DNA of 58,196 bases, the filler included, from Sphacelaria rigidula (lineage: Eukaryota), in assembly GCA_964200075.2 (NCBI GenBank). It is 8 parts of 8 records of this genome, joined end to end, with 100 filler letters (N's around TTAATTAATTAA, not from the genome) between each part and the next. Parts side by side here need not be neighbours in the genome. Positions count along the whole stretch, not along the records: positions 1 to 7,188 come from CAXNAA020016063.1; positions 7,289 to 14,476 come from CAXNAA020016064.1; 6 more parts are not named here. One strand, 5' to 3'. The position numbers and the translations under genes were made by a program. A model generated the notes under the pieces. That model ran no database searches. It was given only the letters and a program-made list of their open reading frames with translations, and was not told where the DNA came from. The stretch's first letter is position 1; every line of letters starts with the position of its first letter. This document shows, piece after piece, positions 1-10,754 of the stretch.

Positions 1-63
1 ACCCCCCTACTCAACCATCAGAAGGTTACGAGGTTACCAACTGAGCCACCGGGGCGACCGGCT
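1..63 (-). mobile_element. tRNA-derived SINE family A, 5' head (cut by contig start)
   Basis: Reverse complement AGCCGGTCGCCCCGGTGGCTCAGTTGGTAACCTCG contains an A-box. Nearly identical to 21864-21934 and homologous to 17643-18010. Confidence 0.8.
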
Positions 64-1723
64 ACATTGCCCGTATTATATGGTCAACACACAAGAAGTT
101 TTTTCGGTTATTGTAGCACACTACATAGCTTAAAGCTGGGGGGGAACGAATGAGCATATAAACGATTGCTTACCAGCAGAAGGATCGGGATTGGTTCGAT
201 TAAGCGAAAATATCGAAGAGTCGGAGCCTGGAGGGCCTGTATACTCGTGGGTCCTCGACAACCACCTGGCCCGTATAAATTGACCATGGGGATGATTTCT
301 CTCTCGGACTTCATTTGGGGTATAATAGTGCGTCTTTGTTAGCACTTTTTCGAATACGAAGCATTCACTGCACCGTGGAAAATCACAGTGACCGAGAAAT
401 CCGGGGAAACCGCATCTAGTTTAACCGAAAACCACCCGCGCTCGTTGGAGTGACGACTATTATACGATAGCTGGGTTGCTTTTCATGTCGATATTTGGTG
501 ACGTGTCGGTAGCTTGCCGGCGCGTGATCACATGGAAATGCACGTGAAGGCGTGTGTGATTGTCCATCAGAACCTGTCACCCCGTCGTTGTTTCGGCCAT
601 CAATGTACTACTGCATTTTCTCCTTACCGTGGGCTGGCTCACGAACAAAAACAGGAAGAGAGGCGGAAGGCGTTACAAACCGGTTGGTTGCTCTCCCACT
701 AGCTCCCTGTACATACCGTTATTCTTGTACCGCTGAAAAACGGCGTAGTATCATTATACTAATGATAACAACTGCTTCGTCATCAGGCTTCTTGCACCGG
801 CGCTGCACCAATCTCGCATATGGGTACTACCTATACCTTGGGTGTAAACCTGGCAACTTCCTAACCTATAACGGGGCACTTCAGTCCTCCTCCACCGTAA
901 AATGCCACACAAACTGAACCATCATATTGTATAATATCCTGTCGTCCCCGGGTTTGCTAGAGACGAAAAACGCCCGTTTCTTTTCAAGCATTCAAATGTA
1001 AAATGTCCAGGTGACCCGCACCTTTCATTCCAAATCTCGCACAGCGATAGTAAGGCAATGATCGAGCCCACAATCATGATGACTCGTGCAGCAGCCGTTA
1101 TTGGTGGCGCGGGGGCAAGGCTTCATCGTCAAGCAGGAGTTGCCCCCCCTCAGGTCATCGACGTAGCGGTGCCCGGGCAACACCATGATCTCCAGGTATT
1201 GTATACCTGAAGAGGTATTTTCAAAACAGCTAGTGAATACTTGTAGGAGAGCCAAACGCGGCTGGCGGGTGTTTCGAGATGTTCGCTTTTACTGTTCAGT
1301 GTGATGATTGTTGGTTGCAGGGAAGCACCCAACTGTGTCAGGCGTGATTTCGCCGGCAGAACCTTGATCTTCTCGAATTGGACTTACTTCATTTTTCAGT
1401 CGCGGAAGGCACCCTGTTGTCTTCCCCGTAGGGACAGAGCACCAGAGCACGCTCCCGCATTCGAGCGGCAATAAAAAACTGTGTACCCATCCGCGACAGA
1501 CGGCCAATAAGCGAGCTATGCAGTAGTGGTGGTGGTTGACGAAGCGCGCACGCATACAGACAAGGGTTATGTATGCAGCAGTATCTACTGCTGCATACAA
1601 TCGTAGTACGAGCTGGGCCAGCTGACAATGATTTTTCAATGTTTTCGGGCCGGGCTGTGGGTGACTCTAGAAGTTGAGCTCTGAAATTTTGATACGACAT
1701 TTTTATCTGCATCAATAAGGTCA

Positions 1724-2194
1724 ACTCTAACGGGAGCCGTTCAAAATTCCTGTCGAAAACTGCCTTTTGGGCCCTTCTCCGTCGATTTACGCCCGAAAAG
1801 AGGGGGCTAGGCGGATGTTGACGCCTTGGAACGGGTCGCTCTACTCGTTGAGACGCTTCCAGAGTAACTTTGCATTTCCCGCTGGCGGCACTTTTGTTTT
1901 TGGCCGAATGATGCCAAGCACGGGTTTTCAGTAAAATACGCGGCCAGGTGATCAAAATTTCGCCCTATTTTTTTATCGCTTGACCTTTTTCTGTTGAAAA
2001 TCCGTGTTCGGCCAAGAATAAAAGTGCGGCCAGCGGGAAATGCAACGTTGTCCTGGGACGGCCTCAATCTGATCTATTGAGCAAGGCATTCCAAGGCGTC
2101 AACAGCCCCCTATCCCTCTTTTCAGGCGTAAAACGACGGAGAGGTGCCAAAATGGCAGTTTTAAACAGGAATTTTCAACGGCTCCCATTAGAGT
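1724..2194. mobile_element. Foldback/MITE-like long imperfect palindrome
   Basis: 1724-1831 pairs with 2089-2194, and 1870-1932 pairs with 1991-2046 (nested inverted arms around one centre). Confidence 0.75.
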
Positions 2195-3436
2195 CGGTCT
2201 AACAACGTGCCGGGGGATGAAACGAGAAAAAGAAATTAACAGAAAGTTGGTGCAAGTTCAAGTTTCTGCAAAAACTGGAAAAAGGCTACAACTCCGAGTC
2301 CGTGAAAATAAAGAAAATGCGTCGGCATCCCTAGGGTGTTGTGCGTACTTGTGTGCAGTTGATCCTGGTGCAATTTCGCAGGAACTTCGGCCAAAAAACA
2401 CCTAAATTTTGGCGCAGCAAGACACTTTTTGCGTGATACCGCTGGCATGGTCCGTTCAGTCCCAGCTAGCAGTGAAGCGATCGTATTTCCACCACTTTGT
2501 GTGACATCAGCTCTTCTGACAGGTATTGTTGTACAGCTCGCCGCACAGTTCTCTCGTTCACGTTTGTGGGGCTGTGTTGTTGTTGTTGTTGTTTGCTGCT
2601 TCCGCTGCTGCTGCTGCTGCCGGAAGTGATCTCTGTGCACCCGTGCCGTAACACTGTGCCCATTCCTCCCAGCTTGCACTGGTGTTGTTTGCATGTCAAT
2701 AGTAGAAGGGAGGGGGACAGGAGAGGTGCAGTCCGCAGTCAGCACAGAGTGGTAAAGAAGTTCAGATGTAGATTGATGACGTGAGGCATACCGACTGGTT
2801 CGTGTACGACAGTACGAGTATTCCATCTCTGTAGACTAGAGCTTTGTACCGACTGTTCTGATTTGTATCCAACTGTACTGTACTGTACTGTTGTACTGAT
2901 GTACTGTTGTGACAGCTGCTGGGCACGCCGTGTGCGTGATACATCCTTCGTGTTGCGCGGGGCGCGTGTCTCTTATTCGCAAGAGCGATGGGTTGCGTGG
3001 ACGGTCCCGATGATTGGGGTACTACACATGTTCTCGAACCTCCCACTCATTACTCCGCATGTCTGCTGTGCGCACTGTGCGTGGCGCAGCTTATTTCTAT
3101 CTGTCGTACCGCGTTAGGCCATGGAACCAACACTGCCCGTGTTGTGAGTGATCCCTGAACTCCATGCTCTGACTGTACTGCGCAGTACACTTGGTGCAGT
3201 GCACTTGTACGCAAAACACTCGAGCAATATCGCGCGTCGTTGATTACCAGTAGAAAATGCGTTCTTCCATGAGTTGGTTCACGGGATCTCACCCGGTGCG
3301 CATTTATGCTCAACTCTCCTTGGGGTCGCAGTTCACAAATTATCGGTGCTGCAGCGCGCCTTTCGGCGGCAATGGTTTGAGCGAAGGCGCATGCTTGGGA
3401 CGCTGGCGAGCACTGCAATAATCAAAAGGGTGATGA

Positions 3437-4047
3437 TTCCAAGTCGCGACTTGGAAATAGACTTGGAAATAGTCATGTCCAAGTCCAGCTGCGATTCGAC
3501 TACCTGCCCGCGTTCGCACATGTGCCTTGCATCGACACCACAACACCCGGGACAAACGGCCTCGTTGCGGATGAGAAACGCCCCTGCTGCACAGCGCCGG
3601 AAAATACCGCCGCCCGACTGGAGGTGGACATAAGCTATGTCCAAGTCGCGACTTGGACATAGCTTATGTCCACCTCCAGCGAGTGGAATACCTGCCTTTG
3701 CTTGTCCCATGCCTCACGTATCGACACCACAGCAGCTGCAATACACCCACACAGTCCGTAGCCATCGTTCAAGCCATCGCGGGGTGCAAACGGCCTCTTA
3801 GAGGACGAGAAACGCGCCTGCTACACACAAATACAGTGTCAAATAATACCGCCAACCGACTGGAGTTGGACATGAGCCACGTCCAAGTCGCGACTTAACG
3901 ACTTGGACATGGCTCATGTTCAAGTCCAGCGAGTGGAATACCTGTCCGTGCTCGTCCCATGCGCCACTCTTCAACACAGCAGCTGCAATACACTCACACG
4001 GTCCGTAGCCATCATTCAAGCTATCGTCGGGTGCAAACCGCTTGCCC
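3437..4047. repeat. Head-to-tail array of ~200-240 bp units with inverted ends; palindromic junctions centred on AAGTCG/CGACTT
   Basis: Junction centres at 3446/3447, 3648/3649 and 3890/3891. Perfect 62-bp palindrome at 3618-3679. Unit interiors are homologous (TACCTGCC, TCGACACCAC, AAACGGCCTC, GAGAAACGC, ATACCGCC). Confidence 0.85.
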
Positions 4048-4704
4048 AAGATATAAAATGGGGGGCAAGAGGATGAGTTCTCAACGACTTCTGCTGTCTT
4101 TCGACTCTCATCCACCGATACCGTGTCGTATGTGGGACTTGAACAGCAAAAGCTGCTCGCAAATAAGAGTATTTTTTTGCCCAATTACAGGTATTGGTGG
4201 GCAAAAATGAGGATTTATTTCGAACAGTTTCTGGTGTACAAATTCCATTTGCGAGTGTATATGGGATTTGCACAGCCTCTGCTGTTCCTTTTGGCCTGAT
4301 GCCAATAATTTGGAATCAGGATTTATTTCGAACAGCTGTAAAAATTCCAGATTTCCATAGCACTTGTGTCTCCAAAAACAATTCAGGGAATTTTAATATC
4401 GGCACAAACCTTCGAGGGCCCCGACATTGAAAATCCTCTAGAGGATTACGAATACCCAAGATCCTCTAGGGGGGATTTTGAAACGGACGGAACCGAGGAT
4501 GACGTTTGAAAATTACTCTACGAGGTAGCCGAATGGCCGCGTGCGCACCGTACCCGCACAATCGGGTCGACCCCCCACCCCCCACAAAACTTAATTTTTC
4601 GATCTGGTGGCCTGCCTATTCAGAAAGTTTCTCCCGGCAGACCCTTGGATCACCTGGCACATTTTGACCCATGAACGTGCGTATGCTTCTCATATTAGAG
4701 GAAA

Positions 4705-5245
4705 TGTATATCAAACTCGAGGTTTCTAATATACTTGTCGGTAAATTTCTGTGAAATATACCGAGAATCTCGAGTTTGAGATATCACCAACAATGATATT
4801 CAACACTAGTCAGTCATTCGATGAGCAAGGAGATTCAAGGATGACATCACCCGCGACGGTGCCATGCCCATGACGTATCCCGACGAAAGGGCGTTAAAAC
4901 TCCAACCCCGTTGCATATTGTTGGCGAGGCGCCCAATGGTCCCCGAGTCCCGAAGTAGAGAAGAAGTATTCTAGTAGTAGCACGTCGTTCTCTCATTTGG
5001 CAAAGAAAATACGTCCTTTTTAGTCGTGGATGCATAGTGTACTGTAGTATGGAGGTATTTATACTCGAGGTTTCCGATGTATATTCAACTGTGAGTTATA
5101 CCGTGAAACATACCGGGAATCCCGACTTGGAGATACCTCCAGTCATTACTCTTCGCAGTAAAAAAAGCGGCAAGTCTTCTTCGCATCTGAGGTAGAAATC
5201 TCAAACTCGAGATTCCCGGTATATTTCACAGCAATTGACAGATAC
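4705..5245. mobile_element. MITE-like element with ~50-bp inverted sub-repeats
   Basis: CTGTGAAATATACCGAGAATCTCGAGTTTGAGAT (~4749-4782) is inverted at ~5198-5231, with a direct diverged copy at ~5101-5134. Confidence 0.6.
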
Positions 5246-5285
5246 AGTAGTGTGTTCTACACTATGAGGTCAATTATGTCGTTAA

Positions 5286-5357
5286 GGCCGGGTTTTCGGC
5301 TTGCACGGTGTAGAACAGCGGTAAGGCCGATTTCATTCGCAGAGGCCCAATCCGGCC
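5286..5357. mobile_element. Tiny TTAA-flanked inverted-repeat element
   Basis: TTAA-GGCCGG...CCGGCC-TTAA; shares its right TTAA with the next element. Confidence 0.5.
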
Positions 5358-5361
5358 TTAA

Positions 5362-5447
5362 CCCTTAGACCGCGAGATTAGTCTTTCTGGATCATTCACT
5401 TGAAATTGATGCCGACTCAACAGAAGACTAACCTCGCGATCTAAGGG
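5362..5447. mobile_element. piggyBac-like MITE (86 bp)
   Basis: TTAA on both sides (5358-5361, 5448-5451). TIRs CCCTTAGACCGCGAGATTAGTCTT / AAGACTAACCTCGCGATCTAAGGG. CCCT termini plus a TTAA TSD are piggyBac hallmarks. Confidence 0.8.
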
Positions 5448-5489
5448 TTAATCCTTAGACAGCGGCCACCTCGCAGGTGGACTGATTTG

Positions 5490-5660
5490 AATTCATTTGG
5501 GATTCAGAACTGCTCTTTTATCGCTGCACAAAACGCATTTTCCATGAACATATGGATATTTGTTATCTATATAGAAAATAGTCCCGGAGAACCCCTGACC
5601 AGTTTTGACCCTGCCGTCAACTGCATGCGTCCAGAGTTGGTATGTATGTGTGCTGTATGC
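5490..5660. repeat. Diverged dispersed repeat, inverted homologue at ~46400-46530
   Basis: AACCCCTGACCAGTTTTGA matches the reverse complement of TCAAAACGGGTCAGGGGTT at 46433-46451, with collinear similarity on both sides. Confidence 0.5.
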
Positions 5661-6615
5661 CTTCACTGAATACAACGGCAAGAGACAGTATAAGTGTGTC
5701 ATCGCTCTCCACCGAACGCAATTTCCTGCATGCTGCTGGTGCCTCTGCCTCGTGCTCAACAACAACACTACAGACAATGTGAAACTGTGCCGGCAGCACA
5801 TGAGGGGTCAGGCAGGCGGCGTAGACCACGAGCAGAATACAAGACAAGTTATTTGTACCCATGTACAAGGGCGGGTGAAAAAAATATCCCTGGACCCACA
5901 CTACGCCCCCCCCAGCAGCTCCTGATTTGATTTTTTTTCCCTCAAACGAGACAAGTGTTTAGCAGCCTTTGAGGCGTCACTCGCTCAGCAAGACGTTGTC
6001 GAAACAATGGTTACGAGCCGTGCGTGGTTCGTTCGTGTGCTTCACGAATAAACTTGGATTGTGTGCAGTGGTTTGAGCAGTGTTGAGTGTTGTTTTCGAT
6101 TAATTTATCAATATTAGTTCTCTGATGATTCAAGATGATTCAAGCAAGCAAGTAAAAATCATGACGCCAAATAAATAACGCAGATCCTCCGGCTACACCC
6201 CCTCAGCCATACTAGTGCGGCCGTTGCAGTGGTTGCTGCGGTCGCAGACGGGTGAAGGGTTTGTGGTTCGTCGCAACTGCGCCCCTCCCCCGCCTCGATC
6301 TTTTGCCCCAACTAATTAGTCTCGCCGCGTTTTTGCGAAAAACCCTTCGCTCTGCTTGTTCTGGTGTTGGGGTGCCGAACTCTAGTCATCTGACTCACTT
6401 GGGTTTTCTAGGATTCATGATCAAGTTGCATCAAGCAATGGATCAAGCGGTTTATGCTCGCTCACACAGCGTACTTCAAGCCCAGCACCAAACCAAGAGT
6501 TGCCGAGACCGCGACTGTTTTGTTTTTTCGCTGCTTGTGCTTGGGCGTGCTCTGCAAGTGAAGTGACTCTTCTCCCCCGTTCAACCCAGTCTAAAACCAA
6601 GTAACTTGTGGTTGA

Positions 6616-6777
6616 GCTTGGTTGCATTAAGTATATAGGATTAAGTATAGAAGCGGAACCTGCCAGCCCGCTTGGTTGCATTAAGTATATAGGGTTTAGT
6701 ATAGGAGCGGAACCTGCCAGCCCGCTTGGTTGAATTGAGTATATAGGATTTAGTATAGAACCGGAACCTGCCAGCCC
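6616..6777. repeat. Minisatellite, 3 x 54 bp
   Basis: Unit GCTTGGTTGCATTAAGTATATAGG...GGAACCTGCCAGCCC at 6616, 6670 and 6724. Confidence 0.92.
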
Positions 6778-6827
6778 GGACAAGGTCCCAACAGTGCTAC
6801 CTCCCCCCCTCTCCACCCCCCCAATCG

Positions 6828-7188
6828 CCTGGTCCGGCGAAAACCCGGCGTGCTCCGTCCCGGCTTTGTAGGGGCGAATCCCCTGATGGGGTTGGCGTCG
6901 GTTGGCGGTGACGCTGTAAAACACGCCACTCATTGCGTAAGCTAGGCAACCAGGTTACCGTATTTTTTTGCGCGCTTGCGTTTTTTTCCCGATGATGGTA
7001 GTCGAGCGAGATCATGTTGTGCGGCGTGGGAAAACCTCAACTCCGCACAATGGGGATGACCGTACCACGTAGTGTTTAAATGGTGAGACACCCATGAAGC
7101 AGTGTATAAGCTGTGGCTGTCTCTGGAAGTGGCGATACCAGACAATAAAGCAACTCATTGTAAGCTGTCATCCAAATGCAAGATAATC
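6828..7188 (+). mobile_element. Dispersed non-coding repeat family X (other copies 7395-7460 -, 9080-9560 -, 33520-33630 -, 43330-43624 +)
   Basis: Shared modules GGTCCGGCGAAAACCCGGCGTGCTCCGTCCCGGCTTTGTAGGG, GCGTAAGCTAGGCAACC and GACACCCATGA(A/G)GCAGTGTA...GCTGTCTCTGG occur across four different contigs. Confidence 0.8.
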
Positions 7189-7288
7189 NNNNNNNNNNNN
7201 NNNNNNNNNNNNNNNNNNNNNNNNNNNNNNNNTTAATTAATTAANNNNNNNNNNNNNNNNNNNNNNNNNNNNNNNNNNNNNNNNNNNN
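7189..7288. other. Artificial contig linker (44 N + TTAATTAATTAA + 44 N); same linker at 14477-14576, 21764-21863, 29051-29150, 36338-36437, 43625-43724, 50911-51010
   Basis: Identical 100-bp spacer with stops in all six frames. The separated pieces are 7188, 7188, 7187, 7187, 7187, 7187, 7186 and 7186 bp, i.e. contigs sorted by length. Confidence 0.98.
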
Positions 7289-7342
7289 ACGAAAGAAAAA
7301 AAAAAAAAAAAGAAAAAGAAGAAGACAGGGGGGGGGAAAAAA

Positions 7343-7383
<41 letters not shown>

Positions 7384-8510
7384 TACTCATGATGCATGCC
7401 CTAGTCGTGAGGCCATTGACGTCGCATATTTACAAAGCCGGGGACGGAGCACGCCGGACCAAGGAAGCAGGGAAGGGGGGCGGAGCTCGTGCGTTTTAGG
7501 GGAGAGGGAAACGGAGGTTGCGGCTCCTGTGTGAGCACACGATTGCATGACTCTTTCGTGTTGTATACCAGAATGAATCCGTCTACTCATCACCTTGGGT
7601 GTCATGCGTCCATCTCATCACTATAAGCAAGGCTACCTTCGTCGCAGATCGCTGATAGTTCACGAGTATCCGAACCCGCCGAATCAAACGGACGAGGTCA
7701 ATCGTATCCAAATATCTCGAGACAAAATAACAACAAAAACAATAAAAAACAAAAACAGAAACAAAAAATGAAATTGTCATCTTTTTCACAAAAAATAATA
7801 ATCCAACCACTCCCAACCAACAATCAACTCAAAAAGTTAATTGAATTTGATTCTTTAATCATGTGACTACGGATTCGAGAGATCGGGTTAATGTGCGGAA
7901 ATAATAATAATAATAATAATACTGATAATGATGATGACAATGATGATGGATGACAATTATGCATAATGAATAATGAACAATGAACAATGAATAATAAATA
8001 ATCAATAATCATAAAAAAAAAAATTACGGATTGTTCGAGGATGGATGATTGATTGAGATGGGAAATTAATTCTATTTCTGGACAAGGGGAAGACAATTTC
8101 ACCACCGGAATCACCCGCCCAGACTTTCTTGCAGCAAACAACCGGAAACTGTCACAGTTGCACCGCTTGAAAAGTACGGGCCTCCAGCACACGGAGCTCG
8201 TCGTCAAAGGTCCTATCCATTGATCAGCTCGACAGCGCGGCTCGTGGATCCCTGGTCGTGGATGATGGCCAGGTGAACCCTCACTATCTTCCCTCGCCAT
8301 GTGTAACAATAATGTATAGCTGTTTGGCTCCAAGTGTCGAGTGGGAGCGATCGGTTCTACTTTCTCTCACTACGAATGATCGACTGGGGCGTCGTATCTT
8401 CCGGGGTTTCCTTCATCATGTCCAATTATTTTCTTCGTATTGCTCCGGTTTTGATTTCTCCGATTCATCCTTCGTACTTGATTTTCCTTGTATATAGTTT
8501 TCGGTAAATA

Positions 8511-8620
8511 GCCTGTGACCACGGAAAGGCGTCCGCATCAGTTGCCCAGTACTGAAGCTCCAACAAACTGCGAAGGGATCGGAACGATTTTAAATATTGA
8601 ACGCCACAAGTACAACAGCG
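8511..8620 (+). mobile_element. 3' end of a LINE-like retroposon family with (CAA)n tail (other copies 16415-16515, 31558-31682, 41548-41660, all - strand)
   Basis: Shared motif GGGCATCTGATGCGGACGCCTTCCGTG.TCACAGG next to AAAACCGTTCCG and a (GTT)n run in the other copies. No RT ORF is visible, so LINE origin is inferred. Confidence 0.6.
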
Positions 8621-9585
8621 ATGCACGCCGAAAAAAATGAAAAAAAAAAAAAACGCACCTCTCCCGGTTGACACATGACGTCCACGCCGCAATCGAACGA
8701 AAAAGTATCCTGTCGAGGCCACAAATTCCACAAGAATCGGTCCAGAACCATGAGAATTGTTGCCAGGAACCAAACTCCGAGTTGCAGATATCTGTAACGA
8801 TTGGCGGGGTCTCGCAGGGCGAATCGCAATCGCTTCACAGGTCCCGGCTGGTGGAGGACGAAATGAGCACACAAGAAGACAAACGCGCGGGGGACAAAAT
8901 ACACCATGCACACTGGTGAGTGGAGGGGGGGGGGGGGGGAACTTTGTTTTTATTTGCCGGGGGTTGGGGACCATGGACCTAGCATCCCCACAAAACGGGG
9001 NNNNNNNNNNCGGTGTGGACGTGGTGCCTGGGGGTGTTGGGGGGGGGGGGGGGGGGGGGGGGGGGTACTTTTGATTCTATATGCCGTGGTCATGAGACCA
9101 TGGACCTAGCATCCCCACAAAGCGGGGACCAAGCTTGCCGGGTTTTCGGCGCCGCACCATACAATCAATCGATCACCAAGCGCAAAGCACAGTGGCGTGT
9201 TCGGCGAGTCGCATCAAGGGTGAGCTGCATCCTGCAACTGATTGCTCGGCCCGACGCGTACCGATAATCCGTGCCTATAGATGACAGCCTCCCATGAGAT
9301 GCTTCATTTTCTGGTGTCGCCGCTTCCAGAGACAGCGGCGGGTTAACCACTGCCTCATGGGCGTCTCACCATTTCAACACTACGTGTCGCGATCATCCCC
9401 TTGGCGCGGAGTTGCGGCTATGCCCCCCGTACAAAATGATATGAATCGACCGTCGTCACGGTTACCGCGAAGCAACGCGAGCGGGTAAAAAAACGGTAAC
9501 TCGGTTGCCTAGCTTACGCAGTGAGTGGCGTGTTTCACAGCGTCGCTTTCAACTGTCGCCAATCCTCAAAGGGATGAGTGGGGAA

Positions 9586-9690
9586 GGGCGTGCTCATTTG
9601 TTGCTCGCCTTGGTCATTTGACCATTGACCACGCATCCCTTTTCGAGACGGGGCAATTAGATGACGAGATGAGTGGGGGGTAGGGGGAGC
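9586..9690. repeat. Dispersed repeat, second copy at 14577-14700
   Basis: GGGCGT(G/A)CTCATTTGTTGCT(C/T)GCCTT(G/A)GTCATTTGACCATTGACCACGCA in two contigs. Confidence 0.75.
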
Positions 9691-9964
9691 GTGAGGGTCG
9701 TGTAGAAGCGGGAAGCACTAATATCTGAAACCACAACGACACCCGACAGTCAAACAGGATTCCTACGTGACTCTACCCGGTTTGTCTCGGAGAACCTGCC
9801 TCTTTTACGGCATATATCATGATGTATCCGTCGTACTGTAGTTTCCAACTCTCCCCTCTCACCTCATCCTTGCGACGAGTTCGAGGTCTGTCGGCATCAA
9901 CATCTCTACCCCTGTACACCCTCTGCCCTCCACATACGCTAGGACACAGCTATGGATGTGTGCC

Positions 9965-10030
9965 TTGATTGATTTTTTTTTTTTATTGTCGCACTTTAAC
10001 TGACCCCCCCGGGGTCCAGCCGTGGTCTCA
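9965..10030 (-). mobile_element. 3' end of a LINE-like family ending AAAGTGCGACAA(TCAA)n (also 29611-29668 +, 36645-36690 +, 38296-38360 -)
   Basis: GACCACGGCTGGA...AAAGTGCGACAA followed by a TCAA-type tail; only short 3' fragments, as expected for 5'-truncated TPRT insertions. Confidence 0.6.
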
Positions 10031-10754
10031 TGATAGACGTACGTATGGATTATATAATGCGCACGCCCGGGGTGATGCTGAGTACAGATGCGACAGTGCA
10101 ACACGGTCTCCGCTGGTGGATTTTTTTCTTCTTCCTATTTTATTCAATGGTCTGACCTTTCACACCACCCTCGAACTATCACCCTCAGCTGGAGAAAAAT
10201 GTCCCGAGCTGTCCCAAGAGGAAAAGATATTATGATCTCCCGTTACTTGCCTTGATTTTTGAGTATCGGGCATCAAATCAGCACTTCCGGTTCCCAGTCA
10301 ACCTTCGACCTTTGCCCAATTTTGCCTTCCCTACAACACTGCATGACCGCCACGCCTCGGTGGTGTACTCGGTCAAACTTTGAACCGATTCGAGCGGAGC
10401 TGAGGGTTGAAGCCCCTGCCGATACGTTGCCTTTCGAACATAGTATCTGATTTTTCATCGCTAGAAGCGCGAGTACGTATATAAATGAGCAGCATTTTTT
10501 CTTCTCCTCTTTTGTTCACAGGAGTCGACGCGGTGGTACTGCCGGAGAACAAACCGCTTCAATCCGCGATAACAAAAAATGCAAGGCGTGTACATGCCGG
10601 GGGAAAGACGGGTTGGCATGTGGATCCCTTCGACTCTGCTACGGACTCATCCTGCCAAAGAGGAGGGGTTGAAGTGAAGAATGACACGAGAAAAGACTTG
10701 AATCAAGAGCACTTCGAGGACATGACTGAATGTCTCAACACTTGTTCCATACTT

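Noticed and set aside
1025-1520. Possible - strand exons (e.g. IQYLEIMVLPGHRYVDDLRG)
   Set aside because: Splice-like signals exist, but there is no recognisable homology or consistent frame.
3437-4047. CRISPR-like array
   Set aside because: The intervening segments are homologous to each other and ~150-200 bp long, and there are no cas genes.
6421-6933. 170-aa ORF with three 18-aa repeats
   Set aside because: Explained by the 54-bp minisatellite and overlap with repeat family X; no coding evidence.
7233-7244. TTAATTAATTAA recurring every ~7.29 kb
   Set aside because: Synthetic linker inside N runs.
7343-7382. Long poly-G/poly-C runs (also 8924-9066, 29193-29217, 36511-36533, 58131-58155) as G-quadruplex elements
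   Set aside because: Concentrated at contig ends and gaps, so lengths are unreliable.
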